A DNA stretch of 36,208 nt. It comes from a virus (taxonomy: Duplodnaviria > Caudoviricetes). How positions within the stretch are numbered: the stretch's first letter is position 1; every line of letters begins with the position of its first letter. The translations under genes and the position numbers were made by a program. Positions 1 to 8,323 of the stretch are shown here, piece after piece. The notes beneath the pieces are model-generated. The model was not told where the DNA came from, did no database searches, and worked only from the letters and a program-made list of their open reading frames with translations. The stretch lies in the IMG/VR virus record IMGVR_UViG_3300037785_000033, positions 1 through 36,208 of that record; one strand, given 5' to 3'.

Positions 1-127
1 TGCTCGCTGCTTGCCCAGCGCTTCCTCGACGAACCAGCGCGGCTGATTGCGTAAAAATTCATTCGGCGTTGTATCTGCATCAATGGTTTTCGGCTTCGCG
101 CCATTCGATGACCGCCTGCCAGTAAAA
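1..127 (+). repeat. 127-bp terminal overlap, identical to 36082-36208 (circular assembly overlap)
   Basis: tgctcgctgc...cagtaaaa occurs at both ends; 127 is a common assembler k-mer length. Confidence 0.9.
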
Positions 128-933
128 TGGTCTAATCCCTTCACCTTGTAAATAAACTGGCTGCGCTCGTTGTAGTGGAGCGGCAAAACCGGTTTCGTCG
201 GGTCGCCAGGCTTGTACAATTTTCGAAGCTGGCCGTAATGCAGGCACGTTAAAGTGGTACGGCTATCGAATACGCATAAAAAATACTCGCCCTCGATCAC
301 ATCACTATTCGCCTCGGTTACTGCATCGTGGGCCCGATTGGAATAATGGCTTATGCCGGTGCGAACCAGCGTTTCGGCCCAGCGCTTGCCGTTTCGCATT
401 ATCAGGCCATCGGCGTAATTCATTCGCTTTGTTCCAGCCAGACGCTTTACTATTTGCTGGCGAGTCTGGCTTTCGCTGAATCCAGCTCTGATCGTGTTAT
501 CGATGAGATTTGCTTGAGCGTCTATATTTCCGCGCACAAATTCGGACCAGGTACCGACCTGCGGCCTTGTACCAGATTCTAAAATCATTTCGGCTGCAGT
601 TGCTCCGGAGACAGCTGCCTCTGTAGGTATCTGCATACCCTGATCGGCAAAATCCTGAATCATTTCGGCGAGATAATTCGCCTCGTTTATTGCGAGCTCG
701 TCCAGCTGCTCAGTAACAGCGGCGAACATTGCGCGCAATTCTGTGGAGGTGATTTCGCTAAGCTCGCGCCGGATTCGATTAAATTCTCGCCTCGGCATAT
801 CTGGTTCGTAATCCGCAAGGGCTTTACGGATCTTATCAGCCAGCTCGATCTGGGCCGGCTCCACTGATTTATTCACGATTCCGCTCGCCAGCCGATCAAT
901 GTACGTGGCATGGCGCAGCATTGTGTCTGCCAT
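1..933 (-). CDS. Minor head protein, SPP1 gp7 / Mu gpF family, N-terminal part (continues across the junction to 35956; about 352 aa in total)
   Basis: Hand translation from ATG at 933: MADTMLRHATYIDRLASG...EYFLCVFDSRTTLTC...PVLPLHYNERS. Missed by the ORF track because it spans the contig end. Confidence 0.88.
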   Translation of the reverse strand, partial: MADTMLRHATYIDRLASGIVNKSVEPAQIELADKIRKALADYEPDMPRREFNRIRRELSEITSTELRAMFAAVTEQLDELAINEANYLAEMIQDFADQGMQIPTEAAVSGATAAEMILESGTRPQVGTWSEFVRGNIDAQANLIDNTIRAGFSESQTRQQIVKRLAGTKRMNYADGLIMRNGKRWAETLVRTGISHYSNRAHDAVTEANSDVIEGEYFLCVFDSRTTLTCLHYGQLRKLYKPGDPTKPVLPLHYNERSQFIYKVKGLDHFTGRRSSNGAKPKTIDADTTPNEFLRNQPRWFVEEALGKQRA

Positions 934-937
934 TGAA

Positions 938-1120
938 TCAGCCATTTTTTATAACCAGATAATTTTGGATATCCATTTGAGGCCCATAGCTTTTTAACGT
1001 GGCGCTACAATCGAGAAGCGTGTCTTTTTCTCCATCCCTGCCACTTTGTAAAATCTTAACTTCGCTTACGCCCATATTTTTTGCGGCCTCGATCAGAGCC
1101 TCTAGCGTTTCTATTTTCAT
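938..1120 (-). CDS. Small hypothetical protein (60 aa, MKIETLEALI...)
   Basis: GGAG RBS before ATG 1120; fills the gap between terL and the minor head gene. Confidence 0.6.
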   Translation of the reverse strand: MKIETLEALIEAAKNMGVSEVKILQSGRDGEKDTLLDCSATLKSYGPQMDIQNYLVIKNG

Positions 1121-1133
1121 TGGCGAAGCTCCA

Positions 1134-2375
1134 CTAATAAATCCCCATTTTAGGCCCAGAAGAAACGGGCCGGCGAATCGGGAATTTCTGATTGATAAAA
1201 TAGCCCATGCCATCATTCCAGTCATCGATTGCAGGATGCTCGTTAAATTTCTCAGGGTCGCCTTTCTTGTCGTAGCCCTGAGATTCTAACGAATCCGTGA
1301 GATTAGGACACTTTTCTGTATTCACTCGCATTCTATTATGGGCCAAAAGCCCATTAACTGCATTGATTCTATCGCGTACCGCTGGATTCGCTTCGGGGCA
1401 ATCGATTCGATAGCCGGCCTGCTGGATGATATCTATATCGGATTGCGTAGCATTTGTGCTTCCAGATTTACCGCTTGCATCGGGGAATACTGTAATTTTT
1501 CTGTCTGGCATTTCGTACTTCACCAGGTTATTGCAGAAATCCCGAGTATCGTGGCTCACAAATTCGTCTACCGCGTGAGGCATATTGTTTTCGATTACCC
1601 AAACGCTGGCGCACGTTCCGCCGATATTAAAATCGAGCCCGACATATATGTATTTGTCTTCGGCTGAAAGCGCTCGATCAGTGTGATGCAGCTTTCTATC
1701 GAAAAAGTGATAAACCTTATTTTGGCTGAGTGATACAAACTCGCCATTCAGATACATATCCGCAAGAATCGGGTCGTAATTCGCGCGAATCTGATCGATA
1801 TACCCTGCCGGCAAATATGGATTCGAGGCGGTGGCGGCCTTGATCAGCTCATAGCCTGGCTGTTTTTTCTTAACCCATTTTTCGTAAGTAAAGCCGCTGT
1901 AGCCTTGGTCTGGGGTAGTCACATTTCCGAGAGTGTTCGGACGGCCGCAATTTTGACGATTACGCTCTGATACTTTCCGCCAGACATAAGCGGCCTTTTC
2001 TTTCGCTAATGTATCCAGCTCGTCTACGATTGAGTGAGCCACGGCATAAGCCACAATTCGCTCGGGTCTTTCGTAGCTCCTGAAAATCATATCGCCATAG
2101 CGAGGAATCTCAATTTTATATTGGCTGTGATTTACTCGGTAAGGCAAGCCGAGGCCGGTCAGCATTTCCTCGGCACCAGGCATGGCGCGCAATCTGATCA
2201 GGTCATAAGTGGGCATGTAATACGCCGTATTAATTCCTGGCTGGCCAACCATGGCGATCATTAATCGAGCGATGCCGGCCTGAGATTTTCCAGCTCCAAG
2301 CCCAGCCACCATGGCCGGATTTGTGGCCTCGGAAAAAACGAACTGCTCTTGAGGCTCAGTTAGTGCCAGTTGCAC
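1134..2375 (-). CDS. terL: Terminase large subunit
   Basis: Walker A GLGAGKS, Walker B IVDELD, nuclease motifs GLDFN and DDWNDG, 413 aa. Confidence 0.95.
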   Translation of the reverse strand: MQLALTEPQEQFVFSEATNPAMVAGLGAGKSQAGIARLMIAMVGQPGINTAYYMPTYDLIRLRAMPGAEEMLTGLGLPYRVNHSQYKIEIPRYGDMIFRSYERPERIVAYAVAHSIVDELDTLAKEKAAYVWRKVSERNRQNCGRPNTLGNVTTPDQGYSGFTYEKWVKKKQPGYELIKAATASNPYLPAGYIDQIRANYDPILADMYLNGEFVSLSQNKVYHFFDRKLHHTDRALSAEDKYIYVGLDFNIGGTCASVWVIENNMPHAVDEFVSHDTRDFCNNLVKYEMPDRKITVFPDASGKSGSTNATQSDIDIIQQAGYRIDCPEANPAVRDRINAVNGLLAHNRMRVNTEKCPNLTDSLESQGYDKKGDPEKFNEHPAIDDWNDGMGYFINQKFPIRRPVSSGPKMGIY

Positions 2376-2742
2376 GAACTACCTCGATAACCACGCCTTG
2401 CTTCGGTTCCTCGGAAGCTACTTCTCCTGATTCGCGCCAGCCCATTCTGGTTTTCGTCCAGAACATCGCTGCGCGCACACAATCGGAATACTTCGCGCCT
2501 TTTTTTAAAGCAGCGCCAGAGGCAGCGCCGTAGAGAAAATTGGCCACATTCGCATTCGCTTTAAGCTGGGCCTCGGCTATTTCTGATTTGTAGTGCTTAC
2601 TCAATGTCTTGCGATCTATGCCGATATAATCGGCAATTTCTTCGAGCGGTACGCCATAGGATTTAAGCGCAGAAACTTCGGCCCTTGTTTTTTCGGTGGG
2701 CTCATGCGGTGGCTTTGTGCGCTTTTTCTCGATTTCGGCCAT
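2356..2742 (-). CDS. terS: Terminase small subunit
   Basis: HTH-like EEIADYIGIDRKTLSKHY and AAMFWTKTRMGWRE motif; directly upstream of and overlapping terL. Confidence 0.85.
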   Translation of the reverse strand: MAEIEKKRTKPPHEPTEKTRAEVSALKSYGVPLEEIADYIGIDRKTLSKHYKSEIAEAQLKANANVANFLYGAASGAALKKGAKYSDCVRAAMFWTKTRMGWRESGEVASEEPKQGVVIEVVRATGTN

Positions 2743-3491
2743 TACAGCGCCTCTCGAGTTTTCTCATTTTGGAGCGCGCAGGTCGGAATCGAACCGCCCA
2801 GCTCTGAGGGGTTCTCAGAGTCCTGCCTTTTTACGCGCGTAATCTTTTCGCCTTTGTACATACCGATGCCCATTTTGCTTATTTCACTATACGGCAAAAT
2901 AGGAACAGTAAGCCTTTCCTTTGCGGCTTTGTTGATGAAATAAATATAACGGATTTGGTAGCCTGGCAACTTTTCGCAATCCGATTTTTTGAATCCTTTG
3001 TAAGTTCGATCAATGCGGTTATTGAATGTTTTATCAGCTACCACTTCGCCGCTGGGAGTTCTGAGCATCGTGCTGTTTTTCTTGATTCCGGTCAGCTCGA
3101 ATCCGGCAGCTCTGTAAATTGCACCATCGCCGGACTGGCAGCAATCCGAAAAAGAAAGTACCCATTCTATATTCGGGTAATGCTTTTTAATCAATTTAAA
3201 TGCGATGGCCATCGCTCGACTTTCGCTGTTTTTCGGTAATCGGCTACTAAATGCCATGCGATTCAGCTCGATCATATCGTACCAGGACGTCTTCGCTACA
3301 AGCGGCAGCACCTTTCGGCGGTCTATGGGAGAGCCGAATGACATTGCGCCCTCAAGCTTTCCATTTAAGAACGCACCGAAATGCAGCGTACTATTCGGCA
3401 CCACCTTCCCGCTGTAATGGATTCGGCGCACCACTGCATTCGCCGCCTTGGCTGTAATCGGCTTGATTACAATATCTTTCGCGCTAACCAT
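2742..3491 (-). CDS. mom: Mom-family (GNAT-fold) DNA adenine-modifying enzyme
   Basis: HY...ELNRM...KNSES...SFSD..Q..DGAIYRAAGF.LTG pattern of Mu Mom homologues. Start placed at ATG 3491 after a GAGG RBS. Lies between ParB-N and terS. Confidence 0.8.
   Translation of the reverse strand: MVSAKDIVIKPITAKAANAVVRRIHYSGKVVPNSTLHFGAFLNGKLEGAMSFGSPIDRRKVLPLVAKTSWYDMIELNRMAFSSRLPKNSESRAMAIAFKLIKKHYPNIEWVLSFSDCCQSGDGAIYRAAGFELTGIKKNSTMLRTPSGEVVADKTFNNRIDRTYKGFKKSDCEKLPGYQIRYIYFINKAAKERLTVPILPYSEISKMGIGMYKGEKITRVKRQDSENPSELGGSIPTCALQNEKTREAL
2770..2838 (-). ncRNA. D-armless tRNA-Gly-like element (anticodon ACC) embedded in the mom 3' coding region
   Basis: GCGCGTA-AAAAGGCAGGA-CTCTGA(GAACCCC)TCAGAG-CTG-GGCGG(TTCGATT)CCGACC-TGCGCGC-T-CCA: 7-bp acceptor stem, U73, CCA, canonical T-loop. 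Confidence 0.72.
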
Positions 3492-4113
3492 TTTGCGCCT
3501 CAAGCCACTGCGAGCAGATAAATGCTATCGCGTTGCCATTCGCATTATCATTGATTCCGGTATCTGCCACGGGATTAGATCGTGCCAGCATGAGAGCATC
3601 GTCAATAATTGCCGCCTGATCATCATGCAAAATAAAGGTTTTTTGCTGGAATGGATCTCGATCACCTTCGCTTAATTCCGGCATATCAGTGCCGCTGTCG
3701 CTATCAAATGAAAGCGCCTCGATTTCCTGAGTATCGAAGCCGGTAATTTCCAGATCGAATCCAGACTCCTCGAGCGCATCAAATTCAACGCGTAAAAGTT
3801 CCTCGTCCCAGCCGGCGTCAAGTGCAAGCCTGTTATCGGCAATCACATAAGCGCGCTTTTGGCTTTCGGTTAAATGCTTGGCTTCGATAACTGGCACTAC
3901 ATCGAGGCCCAGCTTCTCCGCTGCCAATAATCGGCCATGGCCGGCCACTACTCCATTCGAGCCGTCTACTACTATCGGATTAAGAAAGCCAAATTCTTTA
4001 ATGCTTGCGGCAATCTTCGCTACTTGAGCGGCGCTATGGGTGCGGCTGTTTCTTGCGTAGGGAATAAGGCTCGATAAATCAGCCTTTTTATAATGGGGAA
4101 AATCTTTTGACAT
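3484..4113 (-). CDS. ParB/Srx N-terminal-domain protein of the type linked to phage DNA modification and terminase genes
   Basis: LIPYARNSRTH...IAASIKEFGFLNPIVVD...VVAGHGRLLAA...AYVIADNRLA. Confidence 0.9.
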   Translation of the reverse strand: MSKDFPHYKKADLSSLIPYARNSRTHSAAQVAKIAASIKEFGFLNPIVVDGSNGVVAGHGRLLAAEKLGLDVVPVIEAKHLTESQKRAYVIADNRLALDAGWDEELLRVEFDALEESGFDLEITGFDTQEIEALSFDSDSGTDMPELSEGDRDPFQQKTFILHDDQAAIIDDALMLARSNPVADTGINDNANGNAIAFICSQWLEAQNG

Positions 4114-4134
4114 ATATCAACACCGTCGACAATA

Positions 4135-4155
4135 AAGCGGGCCACCGACCCGCTT
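4135..4155 (-). terminator. Hairpin, probable intrinsic terminator after the small leftward gene cluster
   Basis: AAGCGGG-TCGGTGG-CCCGCTT followed by TATT on the minus strand; weak U tract. Confidence 0.5.
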
Positions 4156-4181
4156 GAGTATTGATAATATACTTTTTTTGA

Positions 4182-4346
4182 TTATTTAGAAACTGCCCTC
4201 ACCCAACAGCCGGCCAATATTGTTTTGAATAGTTCCGGCCTGTTTTGGTGCCAATTATGCAAAGTTTGCACACTCACACCGGTAAGATCAGATACTTGTT
4301 TCAGGCTTTTGAGCCCGATTTGCTTTGCTTGCTCTGAGGCTGTCAT
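4182..4346 (-). CDS. Small HTH DNA-binding protein (54 aa)
   Basis: Hand translation MTASEQAKQIGLKSLKQVSDLTGVSVQTLHNWHQNRPELFKTILAGCWVRAVSK; HTH pattern; below the ORF-track cutoff. Confidence 0.75.
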   Translation of the reverse strand: MTASEQAKQIGLKSLKQVSDLTGVSVQTLHNWHQNRPELFKTILAGCWVRAVSK

Positions 4347-4349
4347 TGA

Positions 4350-4868
4350 TCAGGCTCCCATGTGCTCATTCCAGATTTTTAAAGCTTCGTCTTCCGGAAG
4401 TGTGTTTAAGATTACCGAGGTATTGCATTCCTTTTTCACGTGATCAAAAAGCCGCTGATCGGGCTTGCCTTTTTTGTATCCCATAATCATTAGTTTTCCA
4501 TCTTTCAGATATACAGCGTTTTTATTTATCTGCCTTTTGAATTCCTTTCTTGAAATGTAATCGCTTACGGAATCATGGCAGAAAATTTCGAGGGCTGTAT
4601 ATTTCGAGTCATCGATCACGTCGATAGATTCGAGCATTTTGTCCCAGCCGGCCTGATCAATAATGTGATGGTCATCGCATCCGCCATGCCCAGCATTTCC
4701 TACCTTGCCGATTTTTTTGCCATCGAAGTAGAGCGCCGCATCGTAGCAATATGTCTCCTCGCTACGTGAAGCGAATTCTTTTATGGCTTTAAGTTCGATT
4801 CGCCCAGCTGCTTTTATTTTGGCTTGCTGGTCTTTCAGGTCTTTTTCGAATTGGTCGAATGAAATCAT
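4350..4868 (-). CDS. Hypothetical protein (172 aa)
   Basis: GAGG RBS, co-oriented cluster, SEETYCYDAALYFDGKKIGKVGNAGHGGCD motif. Confidence 0.75.
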   Translation of the reverse strand: MISFDQFEKDLKDQQAKIKAAGRIELKAIKEFASRSEETYCYDAALYFDGKKIGKVGNAGHGGCDDHHIIDQAGWDKMLESIDVIDDSKYTALEIFCHDSVSDYISRKEFKRQINKNAVYLKDGKLMIMGYKKGKPDQRLFDHVKKECNTSVILNTLPEDEALKIWNEHMGA

Positions 4869-4882
4869 TTTAAGCGCCTCAA

Positions 4883-5170
4883 TTAGATAGTGTATTTTTT
4901 GATGATTTGGCGAACCATGTCCGCCGATGCTGTTACAAGGATTTCTAGTTCCTCGTCTTCGTCGCTAAATACTGATAGCGAGAATTCTTGCCCTTCGATG
5001 CCGCTGTTAAAAGCTTCACCTAAATAAATGATATAGGTGCCATTGGTAAAGCTTGGTAATACATCGTGCTGCCATGAATTGTCAATGAAGCCGCTTTTTT
5101 CTAATTCGGTATGCAAGCCGGCTTCGATGATAATTTTTGATTCTTCGGGGTGTGTTTCAGTGAATGACAT
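4883..5170 (-). CDS. Hypothetical acidic protein (95 aa)
   Basis: GGAG RBS, co-oriented cluster. Confidence 0.7.
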   Translation of the reverse strand: MSFTETHPEESKIIIEAGLHTELEKSGFIDNSWQHDVLPSFTNGTYIIYLGEAFNSGIEGQEFSLSVFSDEDEELEILVTASADMVRQIIKKYTI

Positions 5171-5197
5171 TTTTTTGCTCCAATTTTTAAAATTTGA

Positions 5198-5398
5198 TTA
5201 TTTTACGTACCAGCTTACAAGCTGAAGAAATGTATCGTGCTGCGGCTCGGCTCGGGTAGCAATCCACTCGAGCAATACTTCGCGCTGCTTTTCTACTGAG
5301 TGCAAGGCGTTGGTTACTGCGAAATTGCTGATATCGATTTCACGGATTACCTGCTTGCCAGTAAATTCGTCTTTCATTTCTACTGTGATTGTATTCAT
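5198..5398 (-). CDS. Hypothetical protein (66 aa, MNTITVEMKDEF...)
   Basis: First gene behind the predicted promoter; ATG at 5398. Confidence 0.65.
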   Translation of the reverse strand: MNTITVEMKDEFTGKQVIREIDISNFAVTNALHSVEKQREVLLEWIATRAEPQHDTFLQLVSWYVK

Positions 5399-5430
5399 TT
5401 CTTTGCCCTGTTTGATTGCTGTTGATAGTG

Positions 5431-5458
5431 ACAATATCAAATATTTTTATAATTTCAA
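5431..5458 (-). promoter_or_regulatory. Sigma70-like promoter for the leftward small-gene cluster
   Basis: TTGAAA-16 nt-TATTGT with an extended -10 TG and AT-rich upstream DNA. Confidence 0.55.
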
Positions 5459-5501
5459 GCTTTTTATAAAATATTTTTACATTTTTTTGATTTTTTTTAT
5501 C

Positions 5502-5809
5502 AGTGCCTCAGTCCTGGTAGTGGTGGCACTGTATTAAGTGATTGAAATTCAAGGAAAATATGGCGATTCAGTGCCTCAAGTGCCTCCAAGTGCCTCAATC
5601 TCTATAGAGTATCTCTGCTTACATAGTAAAAAGTACGTATTTATTACTGCAAAAAGTACATACTTTTTACACTGTTATTCAATTATAAGTTTACCCCTAA
5701 AACAGAGGCACTAAGGCACTGTTATAGAGTAATAGTCAATACTGGCAAGGGATTGAGCACAGTGCCACCCCATAAAAAAGGCGGCACTGTAGAGGCACTG
5801 CAAGGCACT
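5502..5809. repeat. Putative replication origin: 11 AGTGCC/GGCACT iterons around an AT-rich core
   Basis: AGTGCC at 5502, 5570, 5579, 5589, 5761; GGCACT at 5525, 5707, 5715, 5783, 5794, 5804. Non-coding region just downstream of the primase-helicase. Confidence 0.75.
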
Positions 5810-5884
5810 GTTTTTATGATATTTTGGGAAATTCGAATAAAAAAACGCGTACTTTTCGCATTTAGGAAAGTTTGCCACTCGGGC

Positions 5885-5910
5885 AAAAAAAAGCCGCTTG
5901 GAAGCGGCTT
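5885..5910 (-). terminator. Rho-independent terminator of the replication operon
   Basis: AAGCCGC-TTCCAA-GCGGC followed by T8 on the minus strand, about 30 nt after the primase stop. Confidence 0.85.
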
Positions 5911-5941
5911 AAAGGCAGTTGGGGCAAAAAATGATCTGCGA

Positions 5942-8281
5942 TTACATTCTGACGGCTTCCGGACATAAAAGCAACCGCTTCCCGTTCGAGCGCTTGGATT
6001 GATCGCCGTTTTTGCTTCTGATCAAAGTGGCCGCTGTAGCCGCATCAGTTTTATTCGGCTTATCGATTCCGCACTCTACCAGGACCTCTGAGGCTTGAGC
6101 CCAGCGCCACGTAGCCGGCGCAGAATCCCAGTCTAATTTACCTAGTATCCGCTCCTCCACGGGGTCAAGGGCCATGAAATCATCATTACTGGCATTGAGC
6201 ATTTCCATCTCGTCCGGCGTGAGGTAAAAGCCTTCGCCGCCCTTATAGAGATCCAGTACCTCGGCCCATAATTGTTGCATATCAATATCGTGGCTGTGAT
6301 CTAATTTCTCGCACTCAATTGTCCAGAAGCGGCGATTCCCCGTAGGGTCATGCAGGTATTCGCGCGGATTCACGGAGCCGAAAAATACTGTGCGCCTTGC
6401 ATAATGAGATTCGCGCTTAGCATAAGCCAGCCGAAGCACGTCGCTGTCCTTGGTAATGAATGCTTTTAATTGAGCGATATCTGATCGCCTGAAAGTGCTA
6501 TCGAGCTCACCGAGCTCAACAAGCCAGTAGCTACAGATTTGCTTTACTGAGTCCTTATCGTCAGGCCGCAAGAGCATGCCGTCTTTTATCAGATCGAGCT
6601 CTTTCGGTACGAGAGATTTAAACCATTTAGTTTTACCCAGATATTGCGCGCCCTGAAACACAAGCACACCGGCAGCGGCAATTCCGTTCTGCGAGTAAGC
6701 AGCGGCGACGGCCGATATCAGCCATCGCTTGATAATGGTTTCCTTAAGCTGCCTAATTTCTGGGCGATAAGATTCGCCTCGGGCGGTGACGGTATCGTAA
6801 AGCTTTTGCAATCTGGGCTCGCCGTCCCACGGCTTCGATTCAATCCATTTATGCACGGGATTAAATAAATTTTGATCAGCGATATAGGTAATAAAATCGC
6901 CAATCTTATCGGTAGGAAATTTGAAAAGGCTGCATTCTGATACCAGCCATGCGAGCGAGGCATTCGCTTGATTGTCCTTACTGAATCGCTCAGTCGGAAT
7001 AATGATTTCCTCGTCCTTTTTTATAACATTGTATCGAATAGTCACTCCCAGCCGCCGGCAGATTTCATAAAGGTTATCGATGTGTTTCATCGGCGCACCT
7101 TTATCGCTCACCCATGGAAGCGGAGACATATAGTCTCGATATCCAGAATCGATTTCGCTTGTTTCACGTGAAACAGTTTCTGGAATTTGGGCCGGTGCAT
7201 TTTGCTGGATTGGCGGAGATTCCAGACCGAGCAATTTCGCAGCTGTTTTAACAGCCGCACGTACATCGCCGGAATGCTCGTAATAACAGAAAAGATCGAA
7301 GGCATTTACCGGAGTTCCGTTTTCCTCCGAGCAGAGCGGGTCGCTTGCATGATGAATCCAGCACCGGTTTCCATCTTTGAACAAAACGACACCTGGCAAT
7401 TGCGTGCTTGAGTGAGGCGAGAGGTATCTGCTTCCTCGGCGCTCGTATCCGTACTGCTCGAGCATGGCCCGAAGATCATGCGCGTCATTGAATGCTTGAA
7501 TTGCGCTTCCTTGCTGGGGGGCCGGCTGTGTTTGTACTCGCTTCGGAATATCGGCAACGATATCGGAATCTTCGGCAAGCCACGGACACATGGCCTTAAC
7601 TTGCGGCTTAAATCTTTCCCATTCTGACCATATAGTAAGCAGCCACTTCGGCGGCTCCGGCCAGTCCTCTTTTGGCTGTGAAATCCATTTATAAGGCTTG
7701 CCGGTATCTGGGTGTATTGATGGAGGTAGAACGTCCTGCCTTTGCTTGCCATCGGCAGCGCGCAATTCCATTACAGTATATTGAGCCCACCGGCGCGCGA
7801 CTTTTCTTATTCGCTCCTCCCGCTCAATATCGCCGCTATCTTTTGCGGCCTTTGCGGCAGCCATGGCCGCTCGATGTTTGTCGCCAGTAGGGTCATTTCT
7901 CGATGGCCAATTCAATTTAACGTAAGGAAGATTTACACCCTCCGGCACTCGAAACATAATTCGATGGCCTTTATCTCGGCCTTGAATTGCGGGGTATTTT
8001 TCAAGCTGATCTGGCGTTATTCCGAATTCGTCTAGGATTACCTGAAAGGATGCGTCGCAATCAATATCGAGCGAGCAAAGCTGGGAAGGGCCGAGCGCCA
8101 CCCCGATATTCCAATCAGGATTTTTTCTATAGAAATCGGCGGCATGCTCTGGATCTGTAAAAGTAGAATTTCCCCAATCTTTTGTTTTTGGATACTTCCG
8201 TCCTGGTTCAATCGGCACTAGATGGAATCCGAAACGCTCGATATATCTTTGAGCGTACCAATCTATTTTTTTATTTGTCAT
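5942..8281 (-). CDS. Bifunctional primase-polymerase (N-terminal) fused to a VapE/VirE-like P-loop helicase
   Basis: NIGVALG...LDID, G.RIMFR, VLPPSIHPDTGKPYKW (prim-pol); QGAQYLGKT, WLVELGEL, RRTVFFGSVN, DPTGNRRFW (VapE). Start ATG 8281 after AGAGG. Confidence 0.9.
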   Translation of the reverse strand: MTNKKIDWYAQRYIERFGFHLVPIEPGRKYPKTKDWGNSTFTDPEHAADFYRKNPDWNIGVALGPSQLCSLDIDCDASFQVILDEFGITPDQLEKYPAIQGRDKGHRIMFRVPEGVNLPYVKLNWPSRNDPTGDKHRAAMAAAKAAKDSGDIEREERIRKVARRWAQYTVMELRAADGKQRQDVLPPSIHPDTGKPYKWISQPKEDWPEPPKWLLTIWSEWERFKPQVKAMCPWLAEDSDIVADIPKRVQTQPAPQQGSAIQAFNDAHDLRAMLEQYGYERRGSRYLSPHSSTQLPGVVLFKDGNRCWIHHASDPLCSEENGTPVNAFDLFCYYEHSGDVRAAVKTAAKLLGLESPPIQQNAPAQIPETVSRETSEIDSGYRDYMSPLPWVSDKGAPMKHIDNLYEICRRLGVTIRYNVIKKDEEIIIPTERFSKDNQANASLAWLVSECSLFKFPTDKIGDFITYIADQNLFNPVHKWIESKPWDGEPRLQKLYDTVTARGESYRPEIRQLKETIIKRWLISAVAAAYSQNGIAAAGVLVFQGAQYLGKTKWFKSLVPKELDLIKDGMLLRPDDKDSVKQICSYWLVELGELDSTFRRSDIAQLKAFITKDSDVLRLAYAKRESHYARRTVFFGSVNPREYLHDPTGNRRFWTIECEKLDHSHDIDMQQLWAEVLDLYKGGEGFYLTPDEMEMLNASNDDFMALDPVEERILGKLDWDSAPATWRWAQASEVLVECGIDKPNKTDAATAATLIRSKNGDQSKRSNGKRLLLCPEAVRM

Positions 8282-8323
8282 TTTTTGCCTCTGGTCAATG
8301 AGTATAAAGGTCGTAATAAAAGA

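Noticed and set aside
2770-2800. tRNA 3' half as an attP core
   Set aside because: No integrase was found. The matching 5' acceptor strand and an anticodon arm are also present, and the T-stem is non-canonical, unlike a copy of a host tRNA end. A search against host tRNAs would settle it.
2770-2838. Ordinary translational tRNA-Gly gene
   Set aside because: It has no D-arm, no U33 or purine 37, an ACC anticodon that is very rare in bacteria, and an irregular T-stem, so it is called tRNA-like instead.
3484-4113. ParB as evidence for a plasmid prophage partition system
   Set aside because: Only the N-terminal ParB/Srx domain is present, with no ParA or parS array, and it is coupled to modification and terminase genes.
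5502-5809. Short repeats as a CRISPR or mini-array
   Set aside because: The repeats are only 6-9 bp, occur in both orientations, are irregularly spaced, and no cas genes are present.
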